From Bigelowiella natans CCMP2755 (Eukaryota; Protista; Cercozoa): a stretch of 64,000 nt of DNA. Positions 57,347-64,000 of this stretch are shown piece after piece; positions within the stretch are counted from its first letter, which is position 1; each line of letters starts with the position of its first letter. The position numbers and the translations under genes were made by a program. The stretch is from assembly GCA_000320545.1 (NCBI GenBank), contig ADNK01000067.1, positions 38,715-102,714 of the forward strand. The letters are read 5' to 3'. Below the pieces are notes generated by a model that did not search any database, was not told the DNA's origin, and was given only the letters and a program-made list of their open reading frames with translations.

Positions 57347-58084
57347 GTGTGTGTACCACCACTATCTTACAGAACACCAACGATTTTTCCGTGTTTTACT
57401 CACTGCTTGATATATGTGCCGCAATCGGAAAATCATCGTTGGTGTCTTTTGTTCTTAAAAATGCTCCGTGAAATCAATACAAATTTCCGAAACAACAATC
57501 GTTCTTGCGCGGAATACATCGAAGCGAAGAGATTCGAGGGACGAAAAGTTTACCTGAAGCTCCCTGGCCGAGGTGAAATATCCACAACTTCTATTTTATA
57601 CGTTACCGTTGATCCTGTGAATTACGGAGGAACATCGATGCTTACTAGCACATACCAAAGCTCTTTGAACATGCTTACAATTGTATCTATGCTTCATCGA
57701 TGATCTTCGATTCATATGAGCGTACACTTGTTGCTCTCTCCCTCTGTATTGTGTAAGTGTTCAGTGATACCGTCGGGGACAGGTTTTGTCTTGAAGTTCA
57801 TGCCCTCATGATCAAATGCGAGCTGAAGTCGTTGCACATACCTCAGAGACCTCTTTGCCACCTCGAAATTTTATTGCTCTCTCGCTCTCTCCCGCTCTCT
57901 CCCGCTCTATCTATCTCCTTATTCTACACCCCCCCCACCTCTCAACCAGACCTCACAGATCGATATTGCCTTTTTTTTTTTCCATAATACCTCAGGTGGG
58001 ATAGTCACGATTCTCGTTTCTCCTAAGCACTGGCCAATCATCGCTAAAACACACACTTCATCATGACTGTAGGTGTAGTTGGTA

Positions 58085-58138
<54 letters not shown>

Positions 58139-58992
58139 GTATATAATATATTCTTCGTTAATGTGACCGCGTTCCATGCCCTCGAGCACGTGTCGCGCTC
58201 CAACAACCAGCTTCAATGGTTGGCCACCTTCAACGCCATAACAAAAAATGAATATTGACATTGTTCACTGACACATCATTTTCACCGCAAGCAATTTCTT
58301 CCCTTTGCAAATTTCGGCGGCATTATCTTAAAACTGAATTTCAAACTGTGAAACTTATCCGGGGTGGCAATTTCATGAAGCGAGCCCTTTTCACTCTCTC
58401 TTTCTCGCTTCCTCTTCCCTCCCCCCTCCTTCCCTAATCTAAAACTTACCATCAGCATCTATCTGCTGCTCTCCATAAAACCCAGCATGGCGGATGCTCA
58501 CAGTATCTCCCTGTCGCACGCTATCGATGCATGTATCTGGCTTCTGGTGTACTTGAATAACCTGAAGAATGAAGAATCAATGGCATTTTCGCTATCGCTG
58601 CTCGAGGCTACAAAATAGGAAAAAAAACTATCATTTTGAAAAAACATGATCCAAATAAAGAGTGTGGTCAGAAATGAAAGAGATTTCGCGCAAAGATTCC
58701 ATCAGCACAGGCTAGAAAAGTCCTTTAGACTGATAGGTTTATTGTGCTTTGTGGCATTACCAAGCCGTCCTCTCGAAACTGTGGGGGCTCAACACCCTCG
58801 TCACCCAGAGTATATAAAGATTGGAGAAGTGCAATAGCAACAATGGTGGTCTAAGCAGCAGGAAGGGAAGGACGGAAGGAACAGGATTATGCTTAGACAT
58901 GCGATAAACGCGCAGAATGCCTCTTGCTCAGTAAATTTCGATCCCTCCCTCTAAAACCCTCAGATGGAATGGGAAATCAATCATACCAGCAT
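56778..58992 (-). CDS. ER type-I membrane FKBP peptidyl-prolyl isomerase (FKBP11-like)
   Basis: ML|TTIVAIALLQSLYTLG (SP); KPDTCIDSVRQGDTVSIRHAG; QPLKLVVGARHVLEGMERAMIGQCLGETRIVTIPPE|LAF; VPDG|STVTYKIEVV; TM MLTILFFLISGGIW|YIY; basic tail ending KKNN* (KKxx retrieval). Confidence 0.85.
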
Positions 58993-59726
58993 CCTGAGAA
59001 TGGTCTGGCAGTTGGAGGAGCGGGACAAGAGGGGAGAAAGCGAGGGGAAGGGAGATGAGCGTGAGGGGGAACAAACGGAACTTGAGTTTCTTTTCAAAAG
59101 AAAAATAATTATACCGGTAATATCCATATGATATCAGAAAATATCGCATCGGATATGCACCACAAATGCGACAGCTCCAACATTACTATGTTTAATGTTG
59201 CCGTTTTCTGGTTTAAACAAGTATGTTTTTGGTTCCATTTCACGCAATGCACTTGGATCTGTTTGTTGGGAGAGTTGTTTTTTGCCCGTTACATCCAAGG
59301 CCGTTTTACATGTCCGACATGAAGATACCCGCTTTATTTTTTATAGATTTGTTATTCTCGGCTCCACATGCATCAGTTCGATTGGATTCGGAATCCACGG
59401 AACCTCCTTCGCTCATCAAATGAAGCAGGAAGAAGACGGGCAGAGACGGAACTGAGAAAAGGTTGAAAAAGTTTAGGACGACTGTTCGTCGCTGCGCGAT
59501 GGAATCAAATGGCGATCTCTGGGGCACGATAAAGGATGATGGGAAACAAAATCAAGGTGATCTGTGTACGATCTTCTCCGAAACTTTCGATGCATTTGGA
59601 CAGCCTTCTCACTGTTTTCCATTCTTTGTTCCTTTCTTCTCTTTAGCAAACTTACGAGGTAGGATTATTGAAGTTGATAGACACCGGTCGTCTCGGGTTC
59701 GAAGTAGCTTTACTAATGGCGGATCG

Positions 59727-60586
59727 ATGGCGACAGCAGGCGGGATGGAAGTGGATGACGACGATGATGACACAACTACCGCTGCAACCGAAAATTCCAT
59801 GTCTCAAGAAAAACAGTCTTCGGGCCAACAGAGGTAAACGCAAAAAGTTCCCATTGACCACTTTTGCTGCCCCATTTTTGCTACTAGATGTTGGAAAACA
59901 GTGACTAGCAAGCAGGCATGATAAAATAATTACCGATTGCTGGATTTGTTGACACAAAGCGTTGCTCTAACCAATAGTGCGCGCAATATTTTCAGGACCG
60001 CAACGGGTAAGAAAGAATACGGTCCTCTGCAAGTAGTAGTGGAAAATGTAGTCGAAAACGGCATCAGCTAGTAATACTTCAAGCGTCCATTTTATTCCAG
60101 AATAAAACCGTTGAATCATCATTCCAACATCGAACTAATTTAACGAATCGACAATCACTGCCACAATTTAATCCACAGTATCATTGCTTTTCTATGATCA
60201 CCAAAAGTGTTATTCAAGTGATGGTGTTGTGCCTTTCACTTACTACTGTGTCATCTTTAGCCCGATGCAGCCTCTTCCTCCCTCTGAGCTTCTGATCTCT
60301 AGTTCGGACCAGGTTATGCTCTCTATCGTATTCTTCCCTCTTGCGCAAATCACCTGTTATTTCCGTTGTACTATAATGTTAAAATAAGGACCAATTCACT
60401 TCTTCTATTTCTTTTTCCCACCTCCACTCATCTCTTCCAACTTGCATCCTTAGGACCTGCAAGATGCGCCCTTTCTCGGCATCTATCGAGGTACCGTGAA
60501 CTTTTAATTTTGTCTGTTCTTTGAATTAAAAACCAAAATTAAGCATTGATCTATATATTATTACACACACACACACACACACACAC

Positions 60587-60634
<48 letters not shown>

Positions 60635-60640
60635 AATATT

Positions 60641-60681
<41 letters not shown>

Positions 60682-62178
60682 TGATTCTGAATATGCACAA
60701 CGTTCAAAGGCCCTTCTCAGTGCGGTGACGTATTTGCACACGTATCGGGACGTTTCAAGCTTTTCTTCAATCGTGCTAAGGTTGGTTGAAAATTCGGGTT
60801 TGTTCTAAATGGTGTGCTTTGCGCGTGTATGCACATTTGAAAAAATAGTCGTCTGCTCAACGAATCCTGATTGATGCATGCCTGTACTCATTTCTTATTC
60901 TCTCACCCATCTCCCTTCCCTCAACTTTGTCACGAGTAGTGCCAATGGATTGTTGGATTGGATGTGAGCTCTGAGGAAGGATTCCTATACAATGAAGCTG
61001 AAGTGCCCTTTGCTCACCAGGTCTGCCTACCGCTGTCGTTGCTGCTGTCGTATGGACGTGTCGTCGAACACAGCCTTCTAATGCTTAAGTTCTGAACGTG
61101 TAACATAATGTTTTTCCTTTGGTCCCCCCCCCCCCCCCCCCTCCCCCTTCCTTCTTCACATATCATCACAATCACTCATTGGTGGGGGTTGGCAGATCGA
61201 CGGCATTTGGAGAATTTGGTACTATACGACAATTAATCCCTTTCAAAATACATATAGGAAGATAGTGGAACCATCTATTATTTGTTGAAGCAATACTCGT
61301 CACCACCATCATTATCATCTTCATTAACATCATCGTGTCTATTTTCAAGAATTCGTATTTCGAAGCTGTTTTTATTATGGTCATTCTTATTCTTATTATT
61401 TATTTTTAAAGACATGGTTATGGCACAACAACAGGTTTGGCGGAAAGTGGAAGGAAGCTCCTGAAATTAAGATCTCCAAGGTATTCATATCTTCTTAGGA
61501 CACAAACACGAGCGCACATTTACGTATCATATAGATATAATGTAATAGTCATGATGCATTGCTGTAACTGTACATGTGCGTAGAAATAGTGGCAGATGGT
61601 TGGGTGAGGCCATCAATTCCTCTTCTTCATCCTTCCTCTGTCTTGTACATCAACAAAAATCCATCAACCCTCCCTGCCACCACACAAAGTAATTCACGGC
61701 AACTACAACATTTAGAGTGAGCGAAAGGTGTCCACCATAGAGTCCAGAGAGACGAAACAGTCATCACGGATATCGAGAAATAGCCTCATCGAGGTGCATA
61801 TGGCCACTACTATCAATAGCCATGTCTCCCAATATATGTATCTACTGATTCTTTTAATTGTCGTCACATTAAACCGCACCAAGCATCCTACTATGATTTT
61901 GTTTACCGAATGATGCTGCTGCTACTCCTGCTGCTGCTGCTGCTGCTGCTGTGCCTTTCGATCTCACATGCTGATTACATGATGTGGATAGGTGCTGGAG
62001 CACCATCTGCGCAGAGAACCCTTGCAATTCCTCCACCTCTATGGAGACGCGATGACGGAAAATGGGGTATACTATCTGAACGAAACGGGAGCAACAACTG
62101 CAGAATAAATATTTGATTATGAAGGAGACGTTATTCCAAGGGAAGAAGCGTGTATGATAAGATCATTGTCTTTATACT

Positions 62179-62232
<54 letters not shown>

Positions 62233-62359
62233 TGTGTGTCACGCACGCTCTATATATATATCATTATCTTCATACTCTCTTCTTCTCCCTCGCGCTCACA
62301 CGCACACTTTGAACTGAATAGGGTAAACATCGTATATATTTTTTTTTTTTTTTTCTATC

Positions 62360-62390
<31 letters not shown>

Positions 62391-62617
62391 GATGCCTTCG
62401 CGGTATAGCTGACGCATGGCCACAGGACAGTGCCAATAGCAGCAGTGGTAGTAGCTGCAACATTGCTACGGCTGCCATAGGTCGCACAACCGTCGGCAGC
62501 GCCAACAATTTACGACTAAAATTGTGGATCGTTAGAAAGGAAAAGGAGGTGGGCTCTTTACACGTACCCGCCTATACACCACGCAATACATAAATGTATA
62601 GGTTATAATATTATGTG

Positions 62618-62669
<52 letters not shown>

Positions 62670-63499
62670 TGTGTGTGCGTCGAATGATATACAAAATACT
62701 CCACATAGTTGGACGCCATTGCCCGCAAGCGACGTGTGACCGCAAGGAATCGCAGGTGAATGAACATTTTTCTTAGTAATATATATTGTGCCAGAGCGTG
62801 TTGTGACGTCAGAAGGGTTTGGCGGTGGTGGGATGGAACAAGGAAAAGCGATGCTTCTCCTATGTGAGACGTGCGTCTAGATCATCGATAGTGGGGGGCT
62901 ACAACGATTATGATGGTTATTGGGAGGCAGCAATTTATCATTATTCAAGTCAAGCGCCGATGCCTTACAGTCTGCGACTCAGATCAGTGTCGCAGGATCA
63001 AAGTTCATCGTTTTTCCCAAACGGACATCATCGGTCACGGTGCTATTCTTGTCTTCGCATTCACGCCTCCTTCTCCTCCTCCTCCTCCTCCTTCGCATCT
63101 GGTACAATCATCAGGTATAAGCGTATGAAGCAGCTGGAGAAGACTACAGCATATTTTGAGGAGAGCTCTATCAGGAACAGGTCTCGGCGGTAGGTAGAAG
63201 TGAGGCAGGCAGTCAGTTGTTGTTGTTGTTGTTGTTATGTAGAGGATATGAGGAGGGAGAGAACACACACGCTGAGAGAAGCACACACCTGTTTGCTGCT
63301 GTTGCTACTAGTGCTTTTGGTGGTGATAGTAGTATTATTCATATTGATGATGATGCAGGGCTCCTGGACTCTTTCATGAGCTTATCGGTCGCTTCCTTGG
63401 AAGGAATAAGGGACTCTCAAAAGGTACTTTCTCCTTCCTTTTCTTCTTCTTCTTCTGCGTTTATTGTTGCCACTGCTTATGTTTATGTTTGTGCTGCTG

Positions 63500-63530
<31 letters not shown>

Positions 63531-63869
63531 GGCAACAACGATGGGCACTGATTCTACGCTTCCACGCGTATTTCTCAACTCTCTTCTAAGGATCGACGGA
63601 TACTGGGGAGGACATCAAGATCAATTCAGTGCAACAACAGGAGGGGGGGGTGCTGCTGGGGGGGGGGACGAGGTGAGGGCGGAAATGCCGGCAGGACACG
63701 TGGGGCCGGCGGGGGAAGAAACCGGGAGATAACGAGGATGATGCCACAACATACCAAGAATGGTAGTCAGACGATGACGATGATGGTGATGATGAAGGAG
63801 GAAGAGGAGGAGGAGGATGCACATGAGCGAAACAAGAAGATAAATATCGAGTAGATCTTCTCGGAAATG

Positions 63870-63904
<35 letters not shown>

Positions 63905-63968
63905 GTTTCGTGGTTATTTGTATTTAGTTGGGGCAGTGGGGGGAGGAAGTTAGTACGCACAAACACAC

Positions 63969-64000
<32 letters not shown>
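59727..64000 (+). CDS. CCDC97 (DUF2052)-like protein with an extra N-terminal domain; 3' end at or beyond the window edge
   Basis: VLEHHLRREPLQFLHLYGDAM and ARNRR|YKRMKQLEKTTAYFEESSIRNR match CCDC97 (FL.RYG; RNRRY..L..L....YFS...MR.R); acidic N-terminus MATAGGMEVDDDDDD. Confidence 0.7.

Overview
Gene-dense, intron-rich eukaryotic nuclear DNA. Bipartite signal+transit presequences, microsatellite-filled introns and the gene content suggest a secondary-plastid alga, probably a chlorarachniophyte (inference only). I can hand-splice about 15 protein genes plus tRNA-Thr(UGU): a GIDE-like protein (partial), carboxylesterase, mitochondrial uS10-like protein, a hypothetical protein, plant-type aldehyde oxidase, CobW/ZNG1 GTPase, a NO66/RIOX1-like JmjC protein that has lost its catalytic residues, a CUE/DPF protein, an intronless nitrilase-family hydrolase, a MARVEL-WW protein, a plastid SDR, a signal-TM-CHAT protease, a 7TM-like protein, a DH-PH-FYVE-C2 RhoGEF, an FKBP11-like protein and a CCDC97-like protein (partial). 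They alternate almost perfectly head-to-head and tail-to-tail. A 1.84-kb non-autonomous TIR transposon with an 8-bp TSD lies at 988-2829. The most striking signal is near-total loss of the TpA dinucleotide over and around this element (5 TA in 2.8 kb by hand count, CpG retained), with Tyr codons apparently converted to Cys/His. A milder form, which spares CTAG, recurs in the spacers downstream of gene 3' ends but not in divergent promoters. This points to a possible TA->TG/CA mutagenic DNA mark on silenced and termination DNA. Exon boundaries were read by eye and are approximate.
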